A DNA stretch of 60,004 nucleotides from Thermodesulfobacteriota bacterium. Lineage in GTDB: Bacteria > Desulfobacterota > Desulfuromonadia > Desulfuromonadales > Geopsychrobacteraceae. Shown here in pieces: positions 1 through 9,021 of this stretch. Numbering within the stretch: position 1 is the stretch's first letter; each line of letters starts with the position of its first letter. Made by a program: the position numbers and the translations under genes. Under the pieces are notes generated by a model that was given only the letters and a program-made list of their open reading frames with translations, was not told the origin of the DNA and did no database searches. Location of the stretch: positions 5,868 to 65,871 of the forward strand of contig JAYEME010000162.1 of the NCBI GenBank assembly GCA_034717915.1, given 5' to 3'.

Positions 1-355
1 GAAACAGAGCCGCTGAAATACCGGCAACAATCAGCAGAATAAACAGCATCGTAAACGAATTTGCCAATCCGACCAAACCCATGCTGATAGCCGTTATTGC
101 CGGAGTCAGAATGACAAAATATTTGATCCCGGTTTTTTCTGCCAACAGCCCGAGAAATGGATTAAACAGAGCAGGAATCCGCCTGATGATATCGAGAAAG
201 GCCGCCATCGACAGTGACATCCCCAGTTTATCAATCAGCAACGGCAGCAACGGTGCTAAAAAAGCGGAGAAGGTATCGTGGGCAAGGTGGGCGAGAGATA
301 AAATAATAACTTCTGGTTTTTTAAATTCGGTGTTCTGTTTCAATGGTTTTTCCAT
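1..355 (-). CDS. MFS transporter (FSR-like), runs off the window start
   Basis: Manual translation from ATG at 355: MEKPLKQNTEFKKPEVIILSLAHLAHDTFSAFLAPLLPLLIDKLGMSLS..., with hydrophobic helices and the HxxxD...LLP start typical of FSR-family MFS. Not in the ORF track because it has no stop in the window. Confidence 0.85.
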   Translation of the reverse strand, partial: MEKPLKQNTEFKKPEVIILSLAHLAHDTFSAFLAPLLPLLIDKLGMSLSMAAFLDIIRRIPALFNPFLGLLAEKTGIKYFVILTPAITAISMGLVGLANSFTMLFILLIVAGISAALF

Positions 356-399
356 ACTAAGTTGTTGTCATTTTACAACATGATGAGCGGAGACAGAAA

Positions 400-807
400 T
401 CAAGATACTTTGTCCAAAGCCGCACTGATCTCTTTCGGCAACTGTGGACGTCCTTTGGCATTGATCCCGGTTCCAGTCACCCGTGCCTTCAATACCAGTT
501 TTTTCTCAGGCAACAAATAAACATCTTGAACAAAACGATAGCGTAAAGGGGAAATTCTCTCCAGAATCACCCCAATCATAAAACGGTCACCACTTTGCAA
601 GGAATGTTTATAATCGACTTCCGCCCGGATGATCACTAAACTGATCCCCCGCCTGACCAGTTCAGAGAAATCTAGTCCCAGCTGTTTAATAAATTCATGG
701 CGACAATGTTCCAGATAATTCAGATAAACCGCATTATTGACATGCCCCTGCATATCACACTCGTAATCCCGCACCTGAAATTCCAATTGAAATTGGTACT
801 GTTTCAT
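400..807 (-). CDS. Acyl-CoA thioesterase (YbgC/FadM, 4HBT hotdog family)
   Basis: VRDYECDMQGHVNNAVYLNYLE motif. Confidence 0.9.
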   Translation of the reverse strand: MKQYQFQLEFQVRDYECDMQGHVNNAVYLNYLEHCRHEFIKQLGLDFSELVRRGISLVIIRAEVDYKHSLQSGDRFMIGVILERISPLRYRFVQDVYLLPEKKLVLKARVTGTGINAKGRPQLPKEISAALDKVS

Positions 808-937
808 TCTCTCCTCGCTGAATCGACCAGATTGCAGCTTTTCATGTAGCCATATTCAGAGCAGAAAAGCAAACTTTCCCATGATCGAAATTGAAAGTTA
901 TTCGCCCAACACAATCTCCCATTAAAAAGTGTGCTTT

Positions 938-970
938 ATTCTTGACAGTATCAGTAGAGATTCCTATATT
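938..970 (+). promoter_or_regulatory. Sigma70 promoter overlapping an IscR type-1-like operator
   Basis: TTGACA(942-947)-N17-TATATT(965-970). ATTCTTGACAGTATCAGTAGAGATT (938-962) matches the IscR type-1 consensus ATASYYGACTRWWWYAGTCRRSTAT at 20/25 by eye. Confidence 0.65.
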
Positions 971-1001
971 GACTTACATAACGAATGACTAAGGAGAAGC
1001 T

Positions 1002-1478
1002 ATGAAACTTTCAACAAAAAGTCGCTATGGTGTGCGTGCCATGTTTGATATGGCCTTTCATGCCGGCACCTTGCCAGCGCAAATCAAGGATATTTCCCGG
1101 CGACAAAATATTTCACCCCGCTATCTGGAACAAATATTTCAGGATCTAAAAAAAGCCGGATTGCTGAAAAGTCGCCGCGGTCCCCAAGGGGGTTATAGTC
1201 TGACAAAACCTGCCGAAGAGATCAGCATAAAAGAAATTGTCCTGGCCGCAGAGGGAGAGCTACTTCTGGTTAATTGCATTAAAGGGCGGCGTAAAGATGG
1301 TGAAGCGCCTCCAGCCTGTGAATTTGACAATCAATGCCTGACTCAGCACATCTGGCAAGAAGGAAGCCGCATTCTCGGTGATTATTTTGCTTCGATCAGT
1401 TTAAAAGATCTGTGTGAGCAGGGACAGGAAATGGGACTGGAAAAAGAGCTCGATCATCGCTTTATGTATTTCATCTGA
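1002..1478 (+). CDS. Rrf2-family transcriptional regulator (IscR-like, three Cys)
   Basis: MKLSTKSRYGVRAM, YLEQIF, SRRGPQGGY motifs; C-terminal C...C.....C putative Fe-S ligands. Confidence 0.9.
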   Translation: MKLSTKSRYGVRAMFDMAFHAGTLPAQIKDISRRQNISPRYLEQIFQDLKKAGLLKSRRGPQGGYSLTKPAEEISIKEIVLAAEGELLLVNCIKGRRKDGEAPPACEFDNQCLTQHIWQEGSRILGDYFASISLKDLCEQGQEMGLEKELDHRFMYFI

Positions 1479-1484
1479 GTTATC

Positions 1485-2294
1485 ATGACCCTGGATGACA
1501 AATATCAAAATCTACAAAATATTTTATCTGGTTTTGATTCAGTTGTGATTGCATTTTCCGGGGGGGTTGATTCAACCCTCCTGCTCAAAGTGGCCTGTGA
1601 CAGTCTTGGAGCTGACAACGTTCTCGCTCTTACTGCAACATCCCCGATTTTCCCCAGCTACGAAATAGAACAAAGTCAACAACTCGCCAATGATTTTGGT
1701 GTCCGACAACAGTTTATCGACAGTAACGAAATGGAACTGGCCGATTTTGTCAAGAATGAGCTGCAACGTTGTTACCACTGCAAACACAATCTGTTCAGTC
1801 TATTTCTGCACGAAATGGAAAAGAGCCGATTCGAAGCCTTGCTCGATGGTTCCAACCTTGATGATCAAGATGACTACCGGCCAGGTCAAAAAGCAATCAC
1901 TCAGCTGAAAATCCGTTCACCACTTCTGGAAGCCAACCTCGGCAAACAGGACGTCCGAGAATTAAGTCGACAACTTAAGTTATCCACCTGGAACAAACAA
2001 CCTTTCGCCTGCCTTGCCACCCGCTTTCCCTACGGAACCAGGATTACTGTTGACCGACTGAAAATGATTGACCGATGCGAAACCTGGCTCCGTTTACACA
2101 ATTTTTCACACTATCGGGTTCGTTGTTATGATCAGCTGGCTCGAATTGAGGTTGCCCCTGAAGATATTCCCAGATTACTGGATAAGACCCTCCGCCTTGA
2201 TCTGGTTGAAACGTTTAAATTAAATGGATTTGACTACGTGACCCTTGATCTGCAAGGATATCGCAGCGGCAGCATGAATGAGGTTTTACCGTAA
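1485..2294 (+). CDS. larE: LarE-family ATP-dependent sulfur transferase (PP-loop)
   Basis: FSGGVDS PP-loop, RCYHCK, DGSNLDD..DYRPG, ACLATRFPYG, GYRSGSMN. Confidence 0.88.
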   Translation: MTLDDKYQNLQNILSGFDSVVIAFSGGVDSTLLLKVACDSLGADNVLALTATSPIFPSYEIEQSQQLANDFGVRQQFIDSNEMELADFVKNELQRCYHCKHNLFSLFLHEMEKSRFEALLDGSNLDDQDDYRPGQKAITQLKIRSPLLEANLGKQDVRELSRQLKLSTWNKQPFACLATRFPYGTRITVDRLKMIDRCETWLRLHNFSHYRVRCYDQLARIEVAPEDIPRLLDKTLRLDLVETFKLNGFDYVTLDLQGYRSGSMNEVLP

Positions 2295-2359
2295 ACCGTT
2301 TATTCAACGCTGAAATATTCGTGAAAATTTAATATAATTAAGCACCCGCAGGAGGAACT

Positions 2360-2782
2360 ATGCCAAAAAGTAGCGCATTATTTGCGGTCTGTTTTACCGC
2401 CGGTCTACTTGGAGCCCTTGCCAGCAGTCTGTTTCTCTGGGGCTGCAATGAGTGGGGTGTAACAGCCATACTTAACGTCAAAATGGCTCAGGCTCTGGAA
2501 CTTCCAAAGCTCTATCCACAAATGTTCATTGGTGGGTTGTGGGGTTTGGTCTATTTTTTTACGGTTGGATCCCCCCGTCAGCGCCGCCATTGGGTTCGCA
2601 AAGGGCTCTGGTTTTCCCTTATTCCTTCTTTAACTGCTATATTCTATCTCTATCCATACGTCTATCACAAAGGGATGGCAGGATTCGACCTTGGGATGCT
2701 GACCCCCTTATTAATTGTTATCGTCAATCTGATTTGGGGATTATTTACCGGTTTTTTTGCCCGTTTATTCTGGGGGCGCTGA
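2360..2782 (+). CDS. Hypothetical integral membrane protein
   Basis: About four hydrophobic segments; AGGAGG RBS. Confidence 0.75.
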   Translation: MPKSSALFAVCFTAGLLGALASSLFLWGCNEWGVTAILNVKMAQALELPKLYPQMFIGGLWGLVYFFTVGSPRQRRHWVRKGLWFSLIPSLTAIFYLYPYVYHKGMAGFDLGMLTPLLIVIVNLIWGLFTGFFARLFWGR

Positions 2783-2785
2783 ACT

Positions 2786-3277
2786 ATGCTGACCCGCCCC
2801 ACAATGCTTTTCTTTCTGCTGCTGTTTCTGACAACAGCCGTTTCAGCAAAAGAGCTAACCGGACGAGTTTTATGGGTTTATGATGGTGACACCCTGAAAG
2901 TCGCGGATATCGGCAAAGTTCGGATGATTGGCATCGATACTCCAGAAATAAAAGCTTCTCCACGGGATCGCTTCTACACCAGAGATTTCCATATCAAAAG
3001 CGGAAAACTGCGGCAGATTTCCCGGCAGGCAAAAAGCTATAATATCCATTATGTTAAAGGAGAAACGGTCAGACTGGAACTTGATCAAACCGAAAGAGAC
3101 AAATATAATCGTTTGCTTGCTTATGTTTATCTCCCTGATGGAGAAATGCTCAATCTTCTTTTGCTGAAAAAAGGGCTGGCAACCGTATTTCGCCGCTACG
3201 ATTTTATCTATAAGAAAGATTTTCTTAAAGCCGAGAAAAAGGCCCGAAAAAAGAGACTGGGTCTTTGGAATGACTGA
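2786..3277 (+). CDS. Secreted thermonuclease (SNase) family protein
   Basis: Signal peptide; YDGDTL, VRMIGIDTPE, RDKYNRLLAYVY, GLW motifs. Confidence 0.92.
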   Translation: MLTRPTMLFFLLLFLTTAVSAKELTGRVLWVYDGDTLKVADIGKVRMIGIDTPEIKASPRDRFYTRDFHIKSGKLRQISRQAKSYNIHYVKGETVRLELDQTERDKYNRLLAYVYLPDGEMLNLLLLKKGLATVFRRYDFIYKKDFLKAEKKARKKRLGLWND

Positions 3278-3314
3278 CCTGTTTACTCCCACGAAATTGA
3301 GAGATTAAAAGCTT

Positions 3315-4454
3315 ATGGAACAACTGACAGACCTGTTAAAAGCTATTGACCAGACGGTTCTTGGGGTGAGCTTAACCCGCCTGATCATCGCCTTTGCTAT
3401 CCTGCTTGCCGCACTGCTGCTAAAACGGATTATCACTCACCTGTTGACAAAATCACTTTTTATAGCAGCAAAAAAAACCAGCTCTCAAATAGATGATCTG
3501 CTGCTGAAAAACCTTAAAAAACCGGCGGAGCTTCTGGTTGTTGTTGCCGGTCTTTATATCGGTCTCATCATTCTACAGTTACCGACAGAACCGACTGACC
3601 TTGCGCAATTTGGGCAGAATATCGTTCAGGGGCTGTTCATATTCAATATCGCCTGGGTTTGCTACAACATGGTTGCACTACTCGAATACTGGCTGCACCA
3701 GTGGGCAAAGCGAACCGAATCAACTCTGGACGATCAACTGGTTCCATTTATCCGCAAAACCTTGCGAGTCTTCATTGTCGTTCTTGTATTCATGTTTCTG
3801 GTGCAGAACCTGGGCTATTCCATTTCAGGTCTGCTGGCATCGCTAGGCCTGGGTGGTCTTGCCGTCGCCCTCGCAGCAAAAGACAGTCTGGCTAATATCT
3901 TCGGCTCGATCATGATCCTCCTCGATCGCCCCTTTACCATTGGCGACTGGATTGTTGCAGGAGATATGGAAGGTCACGTTGAAGAGATCGGGTTTCGTTC
4001 CACCCGGATTCGAACCTTTTCAAAAACGATGATCACCGTACCCAACAGTGTCCTGATGAATCTATCGATAGACAATATCAGCCAAATGCCGAAACGCCGC
4101 ATTAAATTGACCGTCGGTGTCACCTACGATACAACCCCGGCACAGATGCGCCAGGCGGTCACGTCAATCAAACAGATGCTGCGGGAACATCCGGCAATCC
4201 ATCAGGAGTTTTTTCTGGTCAACTTTACCGACTTTGGTGCCTCATCTCTCGATATTATGGTCTATTGTTTTACCACCAGCGTTAAATGGGGAGAATACCT
4301 GGAAGCACGTGAAGATGTCTGTCTGAAAATTATGGAAATGCTGGAAGGGATCGGACTGGACATTGCCTTCCCGAGTCAGACCCTCTATATGCACGATATG
4401 GATACGGAAAAACAGGAGACAACAGCAAAGACATCAGTCACCCAAAAATACTAA
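3315..4454 (+). CDS. MscS-family mechanosensitive ion channel
   Basis: GLGGLAVALAAKD, DRPFTIGDWI, GHVEEIGFRSTRIRT, IAFPSQTL. Confidence 0.93.
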   Translation: MEQLTDLLKAIDQTVLGVSLTRLIIAFAILLAALLLKRIITHLLTKSLFIAAKKTSSQIDDLLLKNLKKPAELLVVVAGLYIGLIILQLPTEPTDLAQFGQNIVQGLFIFNIAWVCYNMVALLEYWLHQWAKRTESTLDDQLVPFIRKTLRVFIVVLVFMFLVQNLGYSISGLLASLGLGGLAVALAAKDSLANIFGSIMILLDRPFTIGDWIVAGDMEGHVEEIGFRSTRIRTFSKTMITVPNSVLMNLSIDNISQMPKRRIKLTVGVTYDTTPAQMRQAVTSIKQMLREHPAIHQEFFLVNFTDFGASSLDIMVYCFTTSVKWGEYLEAREDVCLKIMEMLEGIGLDIAFPSQTLYMHDMDTEKQETTAKTSVTQKY

Positions 4455-4470
4455 CCGGTGAAGAGGCGTG

Positions 4471-4980
4471 CTACTGATTCTGTCCCGCAGTCAGATAGTC
4501 ATAGATGAGATCATCAAGGCTGGGCTCATTGGACACTTTTGGCTGGTTAAATCTATCAACAATCGGCTCTTCAACAATAGTCACCGGCTCAGGAGTGGGA
4601 GTGTTTGTTGGAGGAGTTTCTACTGACGAAATTTCAGCTTCAGATGTGTCTGGAATGGGCTGATCTATTACCGGTTTCTCGGCTGACTGTCCGACAGCCC
4701 CCCCCAGTGGAATACCGAGTTCGACAATCCGCTCATCAAACTCTCCCTTGGTTAACTGTCGCAGCACCCCCTTATGCTGTTCTTTTGCCAATTCTTCAAT
4801 AACATGATCAAGAGCATCAACCTTGATAATATCAGCGTAGCTGGTCTTTTGTGATGAAATGATCGTTCCACCATGATAAAGCAAAGTCACCAGTTGCGGC
4901 CTCTTCAGCCCACCGTCTTCGGTCTGGACGTGAAAACTGACACCCCGATAAGTGATATTGTGATTAAACCCAACAATCAT
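4471..4980 (-). CDS. Conserved hypothetical protein (GFNHNI...FHVQTEDG N-terminal domain, acidic Pro-rich tail)
   Basis: ORF with RBS; N-terminal motif recalled from deltaproteobacterial hypothetical proteins. Confidence 0.75.
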   Translation of the reverse strand: MIVGFNHNITYRGVSFHVQTEDGGLKRPQLVTLLYHGGTIISSQKTSYADIIKVDALDHVIEELAKEQHKGVLRQLTKGEFDERIVELGIPLGGAVGQSAEKPVIDQPIPDTSEAEISSVETPPTNTPTPEPVTIVEEPIVDRFNQPKVSNEPSLDDLIYDYLTAGQNQ

Positions 4981-5001
4981 GGCAGTTCCTCAAGTAAAAA
5001 C

Positions 5002-5161
5002 TGATGCTTTCGCAAAAACTCATGGGATGGCTAAGCAAAAACTAACATATACCGTATCAGCCCAGGATAACGCAACGATCATCCCAAACTATCTCCGTTG
5101 TCTTTGTGAAAAGCAGTCATATGGATTAAGTGACTCAATGTTTGATGCCCTCGCAAAAGCT
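5002..5161. repeat. Degenerate short repeats (TGATGCTTTCGCAAAAACT-like), possible MITE remnant
   Basis: Copies at 5002-5020 and 5143-5161 (direct) and a degenerate inverted copy at about 5097-5119. Confidence 0.35.
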
Positions 5162-5165
5162 GATC

Positions 5166-5747
5166 CTATTTGTCAGGAATGGATCCGGTCAATGGTGGCT
5201 TACTGAAGCTGAAATCGGCATATATCGGCTGATCAATACGGGCATGCCCCTTTAAAGTCTGGCGCACCTCTCCCTCAATCAGTATTTGTAGCTGGCGAAT
5301 ATATGGAAAATTCTCATTCAGACTGTTGGCCAAGCTATAAATCGACAGTAATTCAGTTAAACTGCCTCCCGGATGTAAATCAACCAGATGTTTGGAGAAA
5401 TTTACCCGAACCAGATCATTTTCCACTTCAGTAGCAAGAATTTTTGTTTCCTTCGGCAATACAGGAAGATTCCCTTGCTGAGACCCTGTGATCAGGCTGT
5501 TCAACAGGCGTTGAATACACTCTTGATCATCTTCACAACCGGGGATTTCAGCTGTTTCTGGAACCAGAAAAGAACCCGAGGAATCGGTAAAGTAGAGTTG
5601 AATCTCCCGGTCAGGCAATTGCTCTGCAATAACGATCCGGACTTCTTCTCCAACTTCCTCTGGCTGTTGGAAATACCAACCGACTCCATACCCGGCAAGA
5701 ATTCCAACCACGACCAGCCCAAGCAGAACCAACAACGGTTTTTTCAT
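5166..5747 (-). CDS. GerMN domain protein
   Basis: N-terminal TM helix; LYF...LVPE, VNFS...GGSLTELLSIYSLANSL, QILIEG..RQTL.GH. Confidence 0.88.
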   Translation of the reverse strand: MKKPLLVLLGLVVVGILAGYGVGWYFQQPEEVGEEVRIVIAEQLPDREIQLYFTDSSGSFLVPETAEIPGCEDDQECIQRLLNSLITGSQQGNLPVLPKETKILATEVENDLVRVNFSKHLVDLHPGGSLTELLSIYSLANSLNENFPYIRQLQILIEGEVRQTLKGHARIDQPIYADFSFSKPPLTGSIPDK

Positions 5748-5757
5748 GACATCCTCT

Positions 5758-6552
5758 TCAATCTATTTGTACCTGCTCAACTCGTACCAGATCAGCTTTC
5801 AGAAAGGTCTGTCCTACCCGCTTAAAGCGAGTCGGGACATCGGTGACAAAAAACTCTCTGCGACCACCATGTTCCGGATTCGTCAGCCCTTGCTGGCAGA
5901 AAAGTTGCTGAACCGATTTTGCTGTCTCTTCCGCAGAATCTACCATAGTAACGCCACTACCGAGAACCCTCTCTAAAGTATGACGTAACAACGGATAATG
6001 GGTGCAACCAAGGACCAGGGTATCAATCTGCGCAGCCAACAACGGCTGCAGGTATTCCACGGCAGTTAATCTGGCAATTTCATGTTCTGCCCATCCCTCT
6101 TCAGCCAATGGGACAAATAAAGGGCAGGAAACAGACGTGATCTGCGCATCGGGTAACAAAGCATGAATCGCCTCAGGATAACGATCACTGTTGATCGTTC
6201 CGTCTGTACCGATGACCCCAATCCGCCGATTCAAGCTTTTTGCAGCACGCCGGGCACCCGGTTCTATCACCCCGATCACCGGCAATTGAAACCGTTCCCG
6301 CAAAGCAGGCAAGGCAACTGCTGATGCCGTATTGCAGGCAACAACCAACAACTTGACCCCTTGATCAACTAGAAACTCTGCCGCTTCCAATGCATAGCGC
6401 TGAACAGTTTCGACACTTTTGGTTCCGTAAGGAACCCGTGCAGTATCACCAAGATAGATCAGGTTCTCTCCCGGCAATAAATGGGCAATCTCCTTCAGAA
6501 CCGTCAAGCCACCGACTCCAGAATCAAATATACCGATTGCTCGATACCGCAC
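5758..6552 (-). CDS. murI: Glutamate racemase
   Basis: IFDSGVGGLTV, VPYG, VACNTAS, LGCTHYP. Probable GTG start at 6552 after GGGAG (the ORF track starts at 6579). Confidence 0.96.
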   Translation of the reverse strand: MRYRAIGIFDSGVGGLTVLKEIAHLLPGENLIYLGDTARVPYGTKSVETVQRYALEAAEFLVDQGVKLLVVACNTASAVALPALRERFQLPVIGVIEPGARRAAKSLNRRIGVIGTDGTINSDRYPEAIHALLPDAQITSVSCPLFVPLAEEGWAEHEIARLTAVEYLQPLLAAQIDTLVLGCTHYPLLRHTLERVLGSGVTMVDSAEETAKSVQQLFCQQGLTNPEHGGRREFFVTDVPTRFKRVGQTFLKADLVRVEQVQID

Positions 6553-6750
6553 AGAAACTCCCATCATATAATAAGACAAAATAGACTTTTAAATTGACCT
6601 CAAAACCAAGGGGATCATCCTAGTTAAGACCCATAATAAAGTCAAGATTTACAGGCTTTTACCTCTTTCCCCTCAACCAACAATCTGCTACTATTCCGGC
6701 TATCTAAGAATACCTGAACCTGCGTCCAGCAGATCCGGTAAGGAGACAAT

Positions 6751-7083
6751 ATGAGTTGGGCCGACATTAAAAATTACATGGACTACTTTCGCACTGATCA
6801 AGTCATGCAACGGCTACAAGACTGGAATATCGGGGATCTGAGTAGCAATCCCTGGTTTTTGGGAGGATTTGCGGTCATTATACTCTTCACCTATTTTATG
6901 GGCTGGAAAGCGATATCCGGCTTTCTTGTCGGTATCGGTGGTTTTGCTCTGATCGTATCTTTGGCAGTTGGCAAGGGAACGGGAGTAGAAGGGATTGCAG
7001 GTGGTGGTCTCTGGATCCTTGTTGGCGGGGGGGCAGTCGCTGTAGCTCTGTTTATCTATCTTGTTTTTATCAAATCAGAATAA
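6751..7083 (+). CDS. Hypothetical membrane protein (three TM, Gly-rich)
   Basis: AAGGAG RBS; hydrophobic helices. Confidence 0.75.
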   Translation: MSWADIKNYMDYFRTDQVMQRLQDWNIGDLSSNPWFLGGFAVIILFTYFMGWKAISGFLVGIGGFALIVSLAVGKGTGVEGIAGGGLWILVGGGAVAVALFIYLVFIKSE

Positions 7084-7138
7084 TCATTAACCCTTCATTA
7101 TTCTGCCACAAATTCGACTTCTCTCGTTGGAGATCTTC

Positions 7139-7393
7139 ATGAAAAAACGCGATATATTTCTTCTTTTAGGAGCGTTGGCTCTGCTTGTGTTCCTCTGGAT
7201 GGCTCCAGAAGAAACAACTCAACCAGTACCCAAAGATGAGATCCACCTGAAATTTTACGATATTGTCAAAACTGATGGAAAGAAAGCGGCGGAAAAGTTT
7301 TGTGAAGATTGTCACAATGAAGAGGATATGCCTTTTTCCGAAGACCATCCATCCAAATTCCGTTGTCTATTCTGTCACAAGATAAAGCTTTGA
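7139..7393 (+). CDS. Small membrane-anchored or exported diheme cytochrome c
   Basis: Hydrophobic N-terminus plus two CxxCH motifs (CEDCH, CLFCH); ATG at 7139 after GGAG. Confidence 0.8.
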   Translation: MKKRDIFLLLGALALLVFLWMAPEETTQPVPKDEIHLKFYDIVKTDGKKAAEKFCEDCHNEEDMPFSEDHPSKFRCLFCHKIKL

Positions 7394-7444
7394 TAATTGA
7401 AGGACAATACCGGTCAAAATGCAAATCCGCAATTAAATATATCT

Positions 7445-7503
7445 GTAGGGTGGGCATGGTCCACCGCCAACGAAGTATTTCAGATGGGCAGTGCCCATCC
7501 TAC
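7445..7503. repeat. REPIN (inverted pair of GTAG-REPs), family A
   Basis: GTAGGGTGGGCATGGTCCACC ... GATGGGCAGTGCCCATCCTAC. Confidence 0.88.
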
Positions 7504-7517
7504 CGTTTAGAATCAAT

Positions 7518-7538
7518 GTAGGGTGGGCACCGCCCACC
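7518..7538 (+). repeat. Single REP, family A
   Basis: GTAGGGTGGGCACCGCCCACC: GTAG tetranucleotide plus palindrome. Confidence 0.85.
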
Positions 7539-7555
7539 GGCAACCAAAATTATTG

Positions 7556-8098
7556 TTATTCCCCAAACTCGCCGGAAAAATCAATCCCTCCACCCCAATC
7601 ATCAGGATAGGTTCCCTGGGTAACGTAGCGGTGAAATGTTGAATGAGGCCAATCTGCAACGCATTTAACCAGACCATGTTTCACCGGGTTATAATGAACG
7701 TAATCGAGATGCCTTCGATAATCATCGTCATCGCGAATTTCATGTTCCCAGAACCGCCGCTGCCAGATGGAACTTTCCCGTTGCCTTATTCTGCTGTGAT
7801 TGAGCAACTCTTCTTTTTCAAACAAAGATTTTGCTTTTTTCGAGAAATTCGCCTTGATCAGCCCCCAGCGTTTTGAAAAATCACTGTCCTTTTCCGGAAG
7901 GATCCAAACGGCATGCAAATGGTCCGGTAACAGCACCCAGGCGTCAATGGTAAAGGGATGGCGGTTCTGCGTTTCAAGGATTGCAGCGCGTAAAAACCGG
8001 CGAGCATCGGGATGGGTCAGAATGGGTTGCCGCTGGTGGGTCACCAGGGTAAAGAAAAAACAGCCCCCGGCAGTCCGTGACCGGCGATAGTTCGCCAT
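7556..8098 (-). mobile_element. REP-associated tyrosine transposase (RAYT, IS200/IS605 TnpA superfamily)
   Basis: FFFTLVT, LLPDHLHAVW (HUH), IWQRRFWEH.IRD, DYVHYNPVKHG; flanked by REPs on both sides. Confidence 0.93.
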
Positions 8099-8119
8099 GG
8101 ATCCCCCCTCAAAAACAAA

Positions 8120-8152
8120 GGTGGTATTGACCGGTCAATCATCAATACCACC
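8120..8152. promoter_or_regulatory. Nested inverted repeat just upstream of the RAYT start
   Basis: GGTGGTATTGA/TCAATACCACC arms overlapping a perfect 14-bp palindrome, ATTGACCGGTCAAT (8126-8139). Confidence 0.45.
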
Positions 8153-8159
8153 ACATAAC

Positions 8160-8228
8160 GTAGGGTGGGCAATGCCCACCAGAAATCAACCAATATCAAA
8201 TCAAATTGATGGGCGGTGCCCATCCTAC
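8160..8228. repeat. REPIN, family A
   Basis: GTAGGGTGGGCAATGCCCACC ... GATGGGCGGTGCCCATCCTAC. Confidence 0.9.
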
Positions 8229-8249
8229 TAAAATATGATGTAAAAACCC

Positions 8250-8316
8250 GTAGGGTGGGCATCGCCCACCAGAAACCTACATTGTGAAAATGCATGATGG
8301 GCGGTGCCCATCCTAC
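8250..8316. repeat. REPIN, family A, abutting the nrdG stop codon
   Basis: GTAGGGTGGGCATCGCCCACC ... GATGGGCGGTGCCCATCCTAC. Confidence 0.9.
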
Positions 8317-9021
8317 TTAAATTCCCCGCACCTGCACCTGATCAACGTACGCTTCGGCCTGCGCTGACAGGGTCATAATCTGTTCCGGCTGATAGGTGTC
8401 GTACTGTTGCCACTCTTCAATCATGGCATGTTCCGGAACGTACTGCTGCAGCACCCAGAGCGGGGCATCTCTGAGCAGTTCACCGATTTCGGCAATCTCC
8501 TTTTCACCGACCAGATAAGGAATGCAGGTGGTACGGAACTCGCTTTCGATCTCTGCCTGCTTCAGCAACTCGACCGTTTGTCTTAACGCTTCGGTATTCA
8601 CCGGTACAGTATGTAACTCGTTGTAACGGCTGAGACTGGTTTTCATATCAATAGCAAAATAATCGACCAGCTGCTTGTCCAACAACTGGTCGATTACATC
8701 AGGAGCCAATCCGTTACTATCGAGTTTGACTTGTAGATTTCTCTCTTTCAGCAGGGATAAAAATGCCGGCAGACCAGAATCGATGGTGGGTTCTCCGCCC
8801 GATATCACAACCCCATCGATAAAACCCTCACGCTTTTTCAGGTCTGCCAGCAACTCATCAAGGGGGTAATCTGGAAAGCTGTCAGGATCCAGAACCAACC
8901 CGGCATTGTGACAAAAAGGACAGGTCAGATTGCAACTGCCAGTAAACACCAACGAAGCAACCCGCCCGGGAAAATCGAGCAAACTGGTTCCCTGAAAACC
9001 TTTGATCCGAATCGTTTTCAG
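8317..9021 (-). CDS. nrdG: Anaerobic ribonucleotide reductase activating enzyme (radical SAM)
   Basis: CNLTCPFCHN (CxxxCxxC), DGVVISGGEPT. The conserved IKGFQGTSLLDFPG N-terminus extends upstream of the track start (8982) to a CTG at 9021 that follows AAGGAG. Confidence 0.92.
   Translation of the reverse strand: MKTIRIKGFQGTSLLDFPGRVASLVFTGSCNLTCPFCHNAGLVLDPDSFPDYPLDELLADLKKREGFIDGVVISGGEPTIDSGLPAFLSLLKERNLQVKLDSNGLAPDVIDQLLDKQLVDYFAIDMKTSLSRYNELHTVPVNTEALRQTVELLKQAEIESEFRTTCIPYLVGEKEIAEIGELLRDAPLWVLQQYVPEHAMIEEWQQYDTYQPEQIMTLSAQAEAYVDQVQVRGI

Noticed and set aside
81-383. 100-aa plus-strand ORF
   Set aside because: Antisense shadow of the minus-strand MFS gene (1-355)
8041-8295. 84-aa ORF with repeated WWAMPTLR
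   Set aside because: Translation of REP repeats
7445-8316. Possible CRISPR array (repeats separated by variable spacers)
   Set aside because: Repeats alternate in orientation, start with GTAG and flank a RAYT; no cas genes. They are REPINs.
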